A stretch of 64,000 nucleotides of DNA, taken from the IMG/VR virus record IMGVR_UViG_3300028840_008157; one strand, written 5' to 3'. Numbering within the stretch: position 1 is the stretch's first letter; each line of letters begins with the position of its first letter. This DNA is from a virus. Lineage: Duplodnaviria > Heunggongvirae > Uroviricota > Caudoviricetes. Below are positions 46,413 through 56,392 of the stretch, one piece after another. The notes beneath the pieces were generated by a model. The model made no database searches, had not been told where the DNA came from, and saw only the letters and a list, made by a program, of their open reading frames with translations. The translations under genes were made by a program, and so were the position numbers.

Positions 46413-47525
46413 ATGAAAGAGCTTCGTTGGCTCGGTCCAATCCTCGATTGCTCCGGATACGCGTCGGCCGGTCGGGGGTACCTGCGGGCCGCCGAGTCCA
46501 CCGGCATCAGGATCAGGGCTTGCGAGCGCGGTAGATCGGCGGCGCTGGCATCTCGCGGGATGGACGACGAGGCCTACGCCCTTTACGACAGGCTGTCACG
46601 CGTCAAGGTTTCCCGCGACGCCCCTACCGTCCAGCACCAGACCGCCGACACGTTCTTTCGCGACAACAGGACGAGCTTCTCGATAGGCTATACGATATTC
46701 GAGATGTGTTCGGTTCCTAGTTGCTGGGTTCCTTATTGCGACATGATGGACGCGATCTGGACCGGCAGCGAGTATTCCAAGGACGCGCTGGTAAACGCGG
46801 GCGTCAAGAGCCCGACATGCGTCTTGCCTCACGCCCTTGACATGGAAGCCTATTCCCCAAATGGCGCGCGGTGGGGGATTTCAAACCGTCGCGGCTTTGC
46901 CTTCCTGAGCGTCTTCGACTTCACCGAGCGGAAGGCTTGGCGCGACCTCCTCAGGGCTTACTGGACGGCCTTTCGGCCGGACGAGGACGTCTGCCTCGTC
47001 CTGAAGATATACTTCGGGGACTTCGGGGACGCCGCCCGCAAGGACCTCATCCTGCGCATCCTGCGGTACAGGCGCGAGCTCGGGCTCACGAGCTCCCCGA
47101 AGATACTCATGTACGGGCATGACGTCCCGGCGAACATGATGCCGGCCCTATACCGGTCGTGCGACTGCTACGTGGGCGTTTCCAGGGAAGGGTTCGGGCT
47201 TCCCTACGCCGAGGCCATGGCTTGCGGGATCGGCTGCATCGGACCGGAGGTCGGCGGAACGAGGCAGTTCATGAGCGAGTCCAACTCCTTCCTCGTCAAG
47301 TACGTGGACGACGAGCCCGTCTCCCCGGAGATGACGTCCATGTTCCCGGCGTTCAAGGGGCTTCGATGGGCGCGCCACTCGTGGGAGCACTTGTCCGAGG
47401 TGATGCGGCGCGTGGTCGATGACCGCGAGGAGTTCAGGATGAGGGCCGCGCTGGGGACCAAGGAAGTGCGCTCGATGTTGTCCTATGAAGCCATAGGGGA
47501 ACGAATGAAGGAGCTGCTGCCGTGA
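46413..47525 (+). CDS. GT4 (GT-B fold, family 1-like) glycosyltransferase
   Basis: SREGFGLPYAEAMACGIGCIG E-x7-E motif; start at internal ATG MKELRW. Confidence 0.75.
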   Translation: MKELRWLGPILDCSGYASAGRGYLRAAESTGIRIRACERGRSAALASRGMDDEAYALYDRLSRVKVSRDAPTVQHQTADTFFRDNRTSFSIGYTIFEMCSVPSCWVPYCDMMDAIWTGSEYSKDALVNAGVKSPTCVLPHALDMEAYSPNGARWGISNRRGFAFLSVFDFTERKAWRDLLRAYWTAFRPDEDVCLVLKIYFGDFGDAARKDLILRILRYRRELGLTSSPKILMYGHDVPANMMPALYRSCDCYVGVSREGFGLPYAEAMACGIGCIGPEVGGTRQFMSESNSFLVKYVDDEPVSPEMTSMFPAFKGLRWARHSWEHLSEVMRRVVDDREEFRMRAALGTKEVRSMLSYEAIGERMKELLP

Positions 47526-47832
47526 GGGAGATCGTCAAGGAGACGTTTTGGATCGTCCTCTTCCTCCCGTTCATGGCCGTGGCGGCGTTGGTATCCATAC
47601 CGCCGGCCATGGCTGTCATGATCATGTGGCGCTTGCGTAATCGTCAATGACGCTTCGCCGCAGCCGATGTATCTCGTACTCGACGCGCATGAGCCGTACT
47701 GAAATCGAACGAGGAGGACGTGACAAAAATCCCTCGTGCGCAGGCCGTCCCCCACCGCCTTCCATGCGTTAAACAACGAACCCTGGAGGGTCAAATGGGA
47801 GGTGTCCCTGTTAGGTAAGCCAGGAAAACCCA

Positions 47833-48252
47833 TTAGGACGGCATCCTGAGCAACTGGTAAGCCCTTGATTTTGGCCCGACGGCGAGGAGGACGTGGCGGC
47901 TCTCGGGGCCAGGTGGATGCTCCGTGAAACACAACGGCATCCATCTGTCATGACGTCGTAGGGCCTTGTTCTTGCGCTTCGCGAATTCCCACAACTCGGC
48001 CCGCGCCTTGTCGAGGTCCTTGTATTTCAGCCATGGGATGAAAACCTCGTCTCCCTCGTTTATCTCCGTCGGGACGCCGCCTCGATGGCACGCCACGTAG
48101 ACGATCTCGCGGGGGTCGCGCTCGACGTACACGCCCACGGGCTTCTCTGGCTTCTTGACGACCTCCATCTTCTCGTCTTGAAGACGCCTCCCGCAAGCCG
48201 CCAGCGCCAAGGGAACTCCGGGCAGCGCGACAAGGGCTTCTCTTCTGTTCAT
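47833..48252 (-). CDS. Lipoprotein (lipobox LALAAC)
   Basis: Signal peptide + Cys. Confidence 0.5.
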   Translation of the reverse strand: MNRREALVALPGVPLALAACGRRLQDEKMEVVKKPEKPVGVYVERDPREIVYVACHRGGVPTEINEGDEVFIPWLKYKDLDKARAELWEFAKRKNKALRRHDRWMPLCFTEHPPGPESRHVLLAVGPKSRAYQLLRMPS

Positions 48253-48302
48253 GGATCGGCTCCTTTCGACGTCATCCTAGCAACGCGCCGTTCGATTTCC
48301 AA

Positions 48303-49526
48303 TCAAATCTCGACCATCCTGACCGATCCGCGAAGGTCATCCAGCCGGGGGGCCTCCTGCCTGACCAGCTCCTCGCTGAGCCGGGCGAACTCCATGTCTC
48401 CGGCGAGATCGCCCCATATCCTCGGGATCCGGGTCCTCATCGCGTCGACGAACTCCCCGAACACGTTCTTCATCGAGTAGCGGGAGGCCACCAGCGCCGC
48501 GGCCGTCGCGGACCGCTGCCTCCTGGCCCCCTCGTCCTCGAACATCTCCCGCATGACGCGCCGCAGGGCGACGCCGTCGGGCTCCGCCCACTGGATGCCA
48601 TCCAGGTCGGGGAACATGCTCGCCTCTCGCGGGGACGGCGAGGACCAGCCCCTCGGGGGTATCATCCACGCCGTGTCGTCCTTGGCGAAGTCGGTGACTC
48701 CCCCGTAGTCGGTGCATGCGACGGGAACCCCGAGCGCCATCGCGTACCAGGGGTTCATCCCGAAGCCCTCGCTCCGATGCGGGCTGAGCAACGCGTCGAA
48801 GGAGCGCATGAAGGACGGCAAGTCCTCGTCGTGCATCTGCCGGTCGATGATCGTGACGGGCGCCCGCGTCGTCCTCTTGACGCCAAGGCGCGACGCCTCC
48901 ATGGCGATGATCTCCTCGGCGCTCCTGTCGCGGTTGGTGTCCATGTACGTTTTCAGGACGAGCTCGACGGGGTCGTCGGCCGAGAACTCCTCCCACCACG
49001 ACTTGAGGAGGACGTCCCACCCCTTCCTCTCGTACCACGTGTTCATGAACAGGAAGCGGAACCTGCCGTTCGCGGGAAGCGACGGCTCGACCCCCGGGTT
49101 CCAGCGCGTCGAGTCGAGCGGGTACGGGACGAGGAACGTCTTCCTGCGCGGGTAGCCCGAGCGAAGGAACGTGGAGCGGCAGAACGTCGAGGGGGCCAGG
49201 ACGCAGTCCATGGAACGGACGCCCATCCGCTGGCGTTGGGACAGGACGTTCCCCTCGACGACGACCGACCCGACGAACGCCTCGCGATCGATCACGTCCT
49301 TCACGCTCCCGGGGATGCCGACGAGCATCTGGACCGGTTTTTTCGCCGGCCTCGAGGAGGCGGACTTCATCCTCCTCGCTAGGTCCCGTTCGACGAACGT
49401 CGTGTTGGGGCGGGATATGAACCTGGTGACGACGCGCAGACCATTATCCTCGAAAAGTCGATAGAACTCCTGGGCCGCCCTCGACAGGCCACTCGCATTC
49501 AAGAAACACGACATTACTATGTCCAT
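48303..49526 (-). CDS. GT4 (GT-B fold) glycosyltransferase
   Basis: HRSEGFGMNPWYAMALGVPVACTDYGG. Confidence 0.8.
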   Translation of the reverse strand: MDIVMSCFLNASGLSRAAQEFYRLFEDNGLRVVTRFISRPNTTFVERDLARRMKSASSRPAKKPVQMLVGIPGSVKDVIDREAFVGSVVVEGNVLSQRQRMGVRSMDCVLAPSTFCRSTFLRSGYPRRKTFLVPYPLDSTRWNPGVEPSLPANGRFRFLFMNTWYERKGWDVLLKSWWEEFSADDPVELVLKTYMDTNRDRSAEEIIAMEASRLGVKRTTRAPVTIIDRQMHDEDLPSFMRSFDALLSPHRSEGFGMNPWYAMALGVPVACTDYGGVTDFAKDDTAWMIPPRGWSSPSPREASMFPDLDGIQWAEPDGVALRRVMREMFEDEGARRQRSATAAALVASRYSMKNVFGEFVDAMRTRIPRIWGDLAGDMEFARLSEELVRQEAPRLDDLRGSVRMVEI

Positions 49527-49773
49527 GGGAGGATGATACGGAATCCCTCATGATGGCAAGCACGGGGATTGGTTGACGTTCTGAACCGTGGGAGAACCCA
49601 TTGACCCAATCCGCCGTCCAACCTCTCGAGCGCTCGCGGCATCCCCACCAGGCCGCGTTCTCCTGCAACCTCACGATCATCTCTTTCAGGTTCTTCATCG
49701 ATCACCCCGTAGGAAGTATAACACGCGGAACTCCGTGGTCAAGGAACCGGGCGCTTCCTCGTCGTAACTCCAA

Positions 49774-50997
49774 ATGAGGAGGCTATACATGCTGCAAGTC
49801 CTCTCGTGGATATGGTCCAACACGGTCATCGCCGGCAAGGATCGCTCCGGATACAAGCGGTTCTCCATCTCCGACCCGGCGTCCTTCGGCCTCCCGGATT
49901 CCCCCTATCTCATCATGCAGCCGGTCGAGAGGGTCGGGAACGCCTATGTCCTTCGCTACATCGACCCGATGACCATGGAGAAGGGCACCCAGATGTTCTA
50001 CGACGGCCCGAGCGTGTCAGCGTTCATGAGCGCCGGCTCCCCCTACGACGGGGAGCTCGTCGGCGCCGACCTCCAGGAGGAGCAGCAAGAGGCGCAAAAG
50101 ATCGAGCGCAAGAAGCGCTCTCAGGAGCTCAAGCTGATGCCCCTGACGCCGAGGGTCGTCTCGAGGGACGTCGCCGACGCCTCGGCGGACAACCCCGCGG
50201 ACGCGAGCGCCATCCGGAAGCTCACTCCGTTGGCCGGGGACGTCGTGATGGTAAAGGGGCTCCCTGACGGGACCTATGAGGTGGAAACCCCGTCCGGAGG
50301 GCTGGTGATAAGCGGGGACCTGTTCAAGCAGGTCATGCTCGCGCCCGAGATGGGCAGGGAAAGCGCGAACAAAATCCAGCGCGACTTCGAGAAGACGTAC
50401 GGTTCGACGGAGAAGATGAGGGAGATGCTCCCCGAACAGTACCCGAACCTCGCGGCTTACGTCCAAATGGGGCTCGCCAAGATCCTCGACTCGAGCAAGA
50501 TATTCGCGAACTACCGCGAGGGCGTCGGAGAAGAGGGCAACCCCATGGGGGAAGCCTACTTCAAGAACGACGTCAGGCTATACGGGGGCGTCCCGGACGA
50601 GTTCGTGCGCGAGTTCAACGTCGATTGGCGGACGCCGAACAAGAGGTTCAACGCCAAGACCGGCGACGAGGAGATGCTTCGCGGGTACTATTCCCCCCAA
50701 GTCGTTTTCCTGCCCGATCCCACCGCCCCGAAGGCCGACATCGAGACGGCCGGCGTCCCCGAGGAGGTTCTGGAGGAGGCCGAGCAGATCGCCAAGAAGA
50801 GCATGGGATACAAGCCTTATCCCGATGGCGGCGTCTATTACAACTCGACCGACTTGTTCAGGATCGTCCTTGGCCTCAGCGACGGCGTCGCGAGGACCCT
50901 GATGCATCCCTCGGTATTGCCGGGGGGTAGTTCCGAGAAACGCAAACGAAGGCGCGCCGCCGAGCGGTTCATCGATAAAATCTGCCGGTTCTGTTGA
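49774..50997 (+). CDS. Hypothetical protein (407 aa)
   Basis: Clean ORF; no motif recognised. Confidence 0.55.
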   Translation: MRRLYMLQVLSWIWSNTVIAGKDRSGYKRFSISDPASFGLPDSPYLIMQPVERVGNAYVLRYIDPMTMEKGTQMFYDGPSVSAFMSAGSPYDGELVGADLQEEQQEAQKIERKKRSQELKLMPLTPRVVSRDVADASADNPADASAIRKLTPLAGDVVMVKGLPDGTYEVETPSGGLVISGDLFKQVMLAPEMGRESANKIQRDFEKTYGSTEKMREMLPEQYPNLAAYVQMGLAKILDSSKIFANYREGVGEEGNPMGEAYFKNDVRLYGGVPDEFVREFNVDWRTPNKRFNAKTGDEEMLRGYYSPQVVFLPDPTAPKADIETAGVPEEVLEEAEQIAKKSMGYKPYPDGGVYYNSTDLFRIVLGLSDGVARTLMHPSVLPGGSSEKRKRRRAAERFIDKICRFC

Positions 50998-51000
50998 TGC

Positions 51001-51267
51001 CTAGACGTCGTCCTCGAGGCCGTCTGACCTCAGGGCTATCCGATAGGAGCCTGCGTATGGCGTCGCCTTGATGTCCTTCAACTTCCGCAGCTTCGCCTTG
51101 ACCTTGGCGGACGCCCGCTTGAGGGCGTTGGCGGTCTCCTCGAGCACTCCCTTCTCCATCGAGGCGCATTTGCGGCAAAACCATTTGCCCTCGATCTCGA
51201 CGACGGCCTTCGCGTCGCAGGTCATGAGGGCCGTTGGCATCGCGGAGCATCGCTCCGTGTTATTCAT
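51001..51267 (-). CDS. Small Cys-rich protein (88 aa), possible zinc ribbon
   Basis: CDAKAVVEIEGKWFCRKC. Confidence 0.4.
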   Translation of the reverse strand: MNNTERCSAMPTALMTCDAKAVVEIEGKWFCRKCASMEKGVLEETANALKRASAKVKAKLRKLKDIKATPYAGSYRIALRSDGLEDDV

Positions 51268-51290
51268 GTCGTGTCCTCCGCGTCGCCGAA

Positions 51291-51491
51291 TTATACGACG
51301 CGTGGGGCACGCTTACCTTTTTCCTGGGCCAAAAGTTCGAAATGCTCGGACAGGATCCTGCAAAAGTCGTATAGGTGCTCGCGCCTGCGCGCGAGTTCGA
51401 ACCACGTCACGCTGACGGAGCGACCACCGCAGGAGGGGAACTTCATCGGTAGCCCGCAAACGCAGTCGTGCCAGTCTACGACCTTACGCAC
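51291..51491 (-). CDS. Small Cys-containing protein (66 aa)
   Basis: ORF only. Confidence 0.3.
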   Translation of the reverse strand: MRKVVDWHDCVCGLPMKFPSCGGRSVSVTWFELARRREHLYDFCRILSEHFELLAQEKGKRAPRVV

Positions 51492-51765
51492 GGCGCGTCT
51501 CCCTGACGTACTCGTAGGTGGTTTCCAGGATCATCCGCTTGTTGGAGTCGTCGTCGTGACGGCGCGGGGGTCTGACGTGTAGGCGGATGAATCTCGTCAT
51601 CGACGTGTTGAACCTCCGGGTCGCGTCAAAAATGCATACGGGGGGGAATTCGGTGAACATGTTCCTGATTTCCCTGGTTACGGCCTGGTTGACCCTGTCC
51701 GACAACAGGCGGTAGTCGAAAACCTTCTTGAGCAGGATGGGAGGAGGGGCTCCCCGTACCTTCAT
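51484..51765 (-). CDS. Small hypothetical protein
   Basis: Internal ATG MKVRGAPPPILLKK. Confidence 0.3.
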   Translation of the reverse strand: MKVRGAPPPILLKKVFDYRLLSDRVNQAVTREIRNMFTEFPPVCIFDATRRFNTSMTRFIRLHVRPPRRHDDDSNKRMILETTYEYVRETRRA

Positions 51766-51769
51766 TTGC

Positions 51770-51985
51770 CTACCCGTCGCCCGGAGAGTCGCTATCAAAC
51801 TCCACGTTACTTGGTCGGAATGGCTTCTCGCATTTGCATTGTCCATTCTCGATCATCTTGTAGAGCTTGTTCCATTTCATCTCGTCCCGGAGCAGGACGA
51901 GAAGGAACATGATGGCCCCTAGGACGATGAGCACGATGGTCATGGCGGCCTCCTTGAATTCCTTCGGGATTATAGGGCGCGCCAC
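51770..51985 (-). CDS. Small membrane protein (71 aa)
   Basis: TM AAMTIVLIVLGAIMFLLVLL. Confidence 0.4.
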   Translation of the reverse strand: MARPIIPKEFKEAAMTIVLIVLGAIMFLLVLLRDEMKWNKLYKMIENGQCKCEKPFRPSNVEFDSDSPGDG

Positions 51986-51992
51986 TCGACGG

Positions 51993-52310
51993 TCAAGGCT
52001 TCTCTATCGGCTTCCTCTGCCCGCAAGCGGAGCAATAGGGGTTGCTCGACGGCTCGTGGGTAATCGCGAACGCGCTCGTGTAGCCATTGGTGCCCCTGCC
52101 TATCGAGGTGATATCCAGGATGCGCTTGTCCTTGTTCCCCTCCAGCCACGTCCTCAAGTCCTCGTAGTCGACGAACTCGACGGTCTGCCCGCTGTCGTTG
52201 GTTATCTTGATGGGGGTCGTCACGTGCCCGCGCTTCAGGCCGTTCTTGTCGGGCTCGGAGCATCCCGTGGACAGGAACAGGAGGGGGATCAGGATCAGGT
52301 ATCTCATCAT
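51993..52310 (-). CDS. Lipoprotein (lipobox LSTGC), starts 8-10 nt after tmRNA 3' end
   Basis: MMRYLILIPLLFLSTGC; track start is TTG, first ATG at 52310. Confidence 0.55.
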   Translation of the reverse strand: MMRYLILIPLLFLSTGCSEPDKNGLKRGHVTTPIKITNDSGQTVEFVDYEDLRTWLEGNKDKRILDITSIGRGTNGYTSAFAITHEPSSNPYCSACGQRKPIEKP

Positions 52311-52320
52311 GTTCAAAAAT

Positions 52321-52681
52321 TGGTGGAAGCGGCGGGAATCGAACCCGCGTCCCAGAGCGCTTCTTGCCGGGCTTCTACGCGCGTATCCACGTTCGGGGAC
52401 TTAGGGCTCCCCCGGTCCTGGCGACCAAACCCACGTTCTTTCCCGCCGTCACCCCGGTTTCCCGAGGGCTACCATCCCGGTTGTACTGCGTGCCTTGCCA
52501 CGAGTCGGGCCCCCGTAGCGGGTTGAAGCCCTGGTTCAGGCAGCCAGGGCGACCGCGGAGCGGTCAAGGCGAAGGATGTTCTTCGCATTTGCTACTGTGA
52601 TCGGCTTTTAACGAGGCCAACCGATCAACCTCGGCGCGCGGCCACGACCGTCCATCACCCGGTCGAAACCTTTTCGCTCCC
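52321..52681 (-). ncRNA. ssrA: tmRNA (ssrA), one-piece, ~361 nt
   Basis: 5' GGGAGCG pairs with 3' CGCTTCC-A-CCA (G3:U70, CCA encoded); T-arm GCGGGTTCGATTCCCGC; GGUUUCGACCGGG and CCGAGG..UUGGCCUCGUUAAAAGCC match conserved 5'/PK1 elements of E. coli tmRNA; tag frame GCA AAU GCG ... GUC GCC CUG GCU GCC UGA = ...SAVALAA-stop. Confidence 0.85.
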
Positions 52682-52711
52682 ACTTGTCAAAGAACCGCCG
52701 TCACCGGAATA

Positions 52712-53548
52712 CTACTCGAACAACGACGGCATCGCAAGGACTCTTTCTAGCGGCGCGGGCGCTTCTCCTGCATGCGACTCCGGGATGTGAGCCTTGACCT
52801 TGGGGTCCTTCTCCGAGTTGGCCCTCATCTTCTTGACCAGGAACGACATCGTGGTCTTGGTCGACGGGTGGATGTCGATCCTCGACGGCAACATCAGGCC
52901 GTCCTCGACGTGCCCGGAATGCTGGATCGCCGCCATCGGCTTGCCGCCCTCGAAGAAAACGACCTTCGAGACGACGAGCTCCTCGCGAATCTTGACCAGG
53001 ACGAAGCGCCTGTAAAGGAGGCCGTCCTTGAAGACGCTGACGATCGCGCCGTCGTCCGACTCTAGCACCTTCCTCTTGTCGGCCCCCTTCGCCCAGCAAT
53101 CGGGCGCGACGAGCCCCCTGGCGTCCTTGGCCATCCCGAGAACCCTGAGGTCGTTCGGCCTCTCCGACAGGAGGGCGCGTCGCCCCTTCGTATGGACGCC
53201 CTTGCGGGGCAGCCACATGACGATCTCGTCCCCCTTGGCGGCCATGTCCAGGACGCCGATGATGCCCCAGTCCATCTTGAAGCGGTAGTCGGATCCGGAC
53301 GCCGCGTACTCGCCGGAGAGAGACACGTCGTCCTTCCCGGTCCTGACGACGTTGATGTCCGCCTCGACGACGAGGTTCCTGAGCCGGGCGTTCCTGCGCT
53401 CCATGCGCAGGACGGCGTCAACGACGTCGAACTTGGGCGCCGACGGCGCCCTGCCGACGACGGATCTCGGCGCCATCGCGAGGGACGTGTTCTCCCCCGC
53501 CCATCCCGCGAGCGGCAGGAGGGCCAACAGCAGTATTCTGGCTATCAT
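52712..53548 (-). CDS. Secreted LolA/LolB-like (outer-membrane lipoprotein sorting fold) protein, tentative
   Basis: Signal peptide MIARILLLALLPLAGWA; size/composition; weak. Confidence 0.5.
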   Translation of the reverse strand: MIARILLLALLPLAGWAGENTSLAMAPRSVVGRAPSAPKFDVVDAVLRMERRNARLRNLVVEADINVVRTGKDDVSLSGEYAASGSDYRFKMDWGIIGVLDMAAKGDEIVMWLPRKGVHTKGRRALLSERPNDLRVLGMAKDARGLVAPDCWAKGADKRKVLESDDGAIVSVFKDGLLYRRFVLVKIREELVVSKVVFFEGGKPMAAIQHSGHVEDGLMLPSRIDIHPSTKTTMSFLVKKMRANSEKDPKVKAHIPESHAGEAPAPLERVLAMPSLFE

Positions 53549-53564
53549 TTTTTGGGAATCTCCC

Positions 53565-54431
53565 TTATTTCTTTTCCGGAGGAGGGAAATCGACGCCGAA
53601 CGAGGCGGCCTTGATCTCCTCCGCGTTGGGGAGCTTGTTCTTCAGGACGGCGGCCAGCTCGCGATGGCGTTCGTTGAGCGCGTTGAGTCGCTCCGAGAGC
53701 TGCGTGATCTTGACGTTGCCGTCGCCGACGGTCTTCTTGAGGACGTCAAGGTCGGCCTGCTTCTCCTTGATCGAGCGGAGCAGGCTGGCGACCTCGCCGT
53801 ATCGGGCGTCGAGCGTCTTGAACTCGCCATCGAACGTCTCGGTCATGTCCAGCATGGTCTCCGACCCCTTGGACATCCTGGGGATCAACCCCTGGTCCAT
53901 GCGGTCCATGACCTTCTGGAGGTCGCCCTGGATCAACCCCGGCATCTCGGCCATGCGGGACTCGATCTTGGCGATCTCGGAAGACAGCGCGTCGATCTTC
54001 TCCTGGATGTTGGCGTTGTTCTTCTCGTAACCCTTCGCGATCTCCAGCGCCGCCATGGCCGCGTACTGTCGCATGTCCTCCTTCGAGATGGACGGCGACT
54101 CCCGCACGACGACCTCGCGGGTACTGAAGCGATGCCCGCAGTAGAAGGCCGTTATCAACGACGCGAAGCCGAGGCACGCGAACGCCATGACCCATCCGAA
54201 CGGCATGCCCGGCAAATGAACGACTTGAGGCTCAACGACCCTGGTAGGGGTCGCGGCTCGCGCTACAGCCTCTCTACCCGTGTCCTTGGTCTCCATCTTT
54301 ATTTCCTCTCCTGTGGTTTTCCCCTCCCTCGACGACTCCATGCGCTTCTGCGCCGACGTCGGCGCCCTCTCGTCGGGGTTTTGGGATGATGAATCCCCAT
54401 TCTGCTTTTTCCATCCTAATTCCTTCCACAT
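53565..54431 (-). CDS. Membrane-anchored coiled-coil protein
   Basis: TM WVMAFACLGFASLITAFY followed by heptad-rich region. Confidence 0.55.
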   Translation of the reverse strand: MWKELGWKKQNGDSSSQNPDERAPTSAQKRMESSREGKTTGEEIKMETKDTGREAVARAATPTRVVEPQVVHLPGMPFGWVMAFACLGFASLITAFYCGHRFSTREVVVRESPSISKEDMRQYAAMAALEIAKGYEKNNANIQEKIDALSSEIAKIESRMAEMPGLIQGDLQKVMDRMDQGLIPRMSKGSETMLDMTETFDGEFKTLDARYGEVASLLRSIKEKQADLDVLKKTVGDGNVKITQLSERLNALNERHRELAAVLKNKLPNAEEIKAASFGVDFPPPEKK

Positions 54432-54504
54432 GACCTATGATGCTACAAGCGGCCGTTGCCAAGTCAATCCGAAAAAACACGGCCTTACACGGGGGTTATC
54501 GTAA

Positions 54505-55014
54505 ATGTACCGCAGGATATGCCTTTATGCTGGACCCGGATCGGGAAAAAGTACGATGGCGGCGTGGATTTACTCGGCGATGAAGGTCAAGGGCAAGGAC
54601 ATCGAGCTCGTGCGGGAGCACGTCAAGAACTGGGTCTACGAGGATCGCGCTCCCCAGTCCTTCGACCAGGTTTTCCTGTTCGCGACCCAGATGAGGGCGG
54701 AGGATATAATCCTGAGGGCCGGCGTCGAGATGCTCGTGACGGACAGCCCGTTGTTCCTGTCCCTTTGCTACGCGGAGATGTATGAGACGCCCGGTTGGAA
54801 GCATCTCCTGCCGCTATGCGAGGAGTTCGAGGAGACCTATCCCTCCATCAACATCTTCCTGGAGCGCAGGACGCCGTACGATCCCAAGGGAAGATTTCAG
54901 GACGAGAAGGGCGCCTTGGCGATGGACGAGCTGGTCCAAAGGAGGCTTGGCGGCAGGGGCAAGCCGTTTCACGTCGCTAGGGACGAGGACGAAGTGATGC
55001 GAATTCTGAGATGA
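54505..55014 (+). CDS. P-loop NTPase, small kinase-like (AAA_33-like)
   Basis: Walker A LYAGPGSGKST near N-terminus; 169 aa. Confidence 0.6.
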   Translation: MYRRICLYAGPGSGKSTMAAWIYSAMKVKGKDIELVREHVKNWVYEDRAPQSFDQVFLFATQMRAEDIILRAGVEMLVTDSPLFLSLCYAEMYETPGWKHLLPLCEEFEETYPSINIFLERRTPYDPKGRFQDEKGALAMDELVQRRLGGRGKPFHVARDEDEVMRILR

Positions 55015-55157
55015 TCGTTTCCGAGATGATCGTTTGCATTTGCCGACTCCGGTTCGTCCAGAGGTGCCATCTCATGTAGATCACGTCGAGCTTGTATTTC
55101 GAGTAAGCCCCGGGGCAAGGTCCCAGTATTCGTTTCCCGGGCATTTGCCTCAGCCTC

Positions 55158-55622
55158 TCAAGGATTAACCTGTCCATTCTCGTCTATCTCCCGTACGGGG
55201 AAGGACTTCCCGGTGTCGATGTCGCAGAAATGCGTGAAATTGACCTCTTGCTTATCCGTCGCCCTGACGAATTTGGGGCATAGCGGTCCGCAGACGGTCG
55301 TGGATCGTTGGTGGGAGCATGGCGCGTCGGGCATGTCGCCCTTGTTCTCCTTCTGGAACGCCTGCTGCTCGCGCATGAGCGTCAGGCAGGAGTTCTGAAG
55401 CTCGCTCTCCATCAGCTCGGCCTCGTAGACGAGCCAATAGGCCCTCGCGAACTCCCGGTATTCCTCCTCCTCGACCCCCATCTCCCTGAGCTTGGCCCTC
55501 TTCTTCTCGGAGAGCTTCTCGAACGGCCTGAGCGCCTTGGGGTCTATCCCGACCTGGCGCAGCCTCTTCAGGTTGTGCTCGTTCCTGAACAGTTTCCGCA
55601 TGATATCGGTCTTCTGGCTCAT
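55158..55622 (-). CDS. Hypothetical protein
   Basis: Internal ATG MSQKTDIMRKLF. Confidence 0.45.
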   Translation of the reverse strand: MSQKTDIMRKLFRNEHNLKRLRQVGIDPKALRPFEKLSEKKRAKLREMGVEEEEYREFARAYWLVYEAELMESELQNSCLTLMREQQAFQKENKGDMPDAPCSHQRSTTVCGPLCPKFVRATDKQEVNFTHFCDIDTGKSFPVREIDENGQVNP

Positions 55623-55683
55623 CTTAACCTCGCTTGCAGGAAGTCCCGTCGTGGATGGCGAAATCGATGGAGGAGGAAAAACC

Positions 55684-56019
55684 ATGGCCCAGTTCATAAA
55701 CCCCTTCCCGGGACTGACCCCCGACAAGAAGCTCGACGAGCGGGAACTCGCCAGGGCCGTGCGACAAGCCCTCGCGGCGGAGGAGGAGGCCGTCCATTTC
55801 TACGAGGCGGTCGCCGACGCCACGGATAACGAGCTCGTCAAGGAGGTCATGCAGGAGGTCGCCGACGAGGAGAAGGTTCACGTCGGGGAGTTCCAGCGCG
55901 TCCTCGAGATCATGGAGAAGGACGAGAAGAAGTTCATGGAGGAGGGTTTCGCCGAGGTCGACGACAAGGTCGCCGGATGGGTCGGCCACAACTGTCGCTT
56001 CGCCGGCAAGAAGCGGTGA
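55684..56019 (+). CDS. Ferritin-like (rubrerythrin/half-ferritin type) mini-protein, 111 aa, very acidic
   Basis: Two ExxH diiron-site motifs (EEEAVHFY, EEKVHVGEF) about 30 aa apart. Confidence 0.6.
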   Translation: MAQFINPFPGLTPDKKLDERELARAVRQALAAEEEAVHFYEAVADATDNELVKEVMQEVADEEKVHVGEFQRVLEIMEKDEKKFMEEGFAEVDDKVAGWVGHNCRFAGKKR

Positions 56020-56080
56020 TTTTATCGCGCTCACTCGTTCCTCCCGTCGAAGGATATCACGAGAAACGCAGGTCGTCAAT

Positions 56081-56308
56081 TCAGGGCAACACGTATCCTA
56101 GGTTGCTCAGAATCCCGTTGATCCGGTTCTCGTCCCCCGGAGACGTAGCGAATCCGAACTTCTCGTCCCGTTTTTGAATCGCCACGAGGTCCGCCAGCTC
56201 CCTCAATAACTCGTCGTCGCTCTTCTTCCGCGACTCCTTTTGCTCGACAATGGGGTCCTCGAACATGTTCGTTGCTCCTTTCGGCGTTTGATGCCCTCGA
56301 CGGATCAT
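56081..56308 (-). CDS. Small hypothetical protein
   Basis: ORF only. Confidence 0.3.
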   Translation of the reverse strand: MIRRGHQTPKGATNMFEDPIVEQKESRKKSDDELLRELADLVAIQKRDEKFGFATSPGDENRINGILSNLGYVLP

Positions 56309-56392
56309 ATACCTCGCCAGGATCGTTTTCCCTTTCCACGTCCCGACAAATCGCGCAACTTGTTTGGAAGCAACGGGGAACGATTTCGTTTT

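Noticed and set aside
52321-52420. Initially read the CCA-ending T-arm/acceptor as a tRNA minihelix or a 91-nt class-II tRNA
   Set aside because: Extending upstream revealed a tag reading frame ending ALAA-stop and E. coli-like tmRNA 5' elements. The 5' GGGAGCG at ~52675-52681 pairs perfectly with the 3' end, so it is a one-piece tmRNA.
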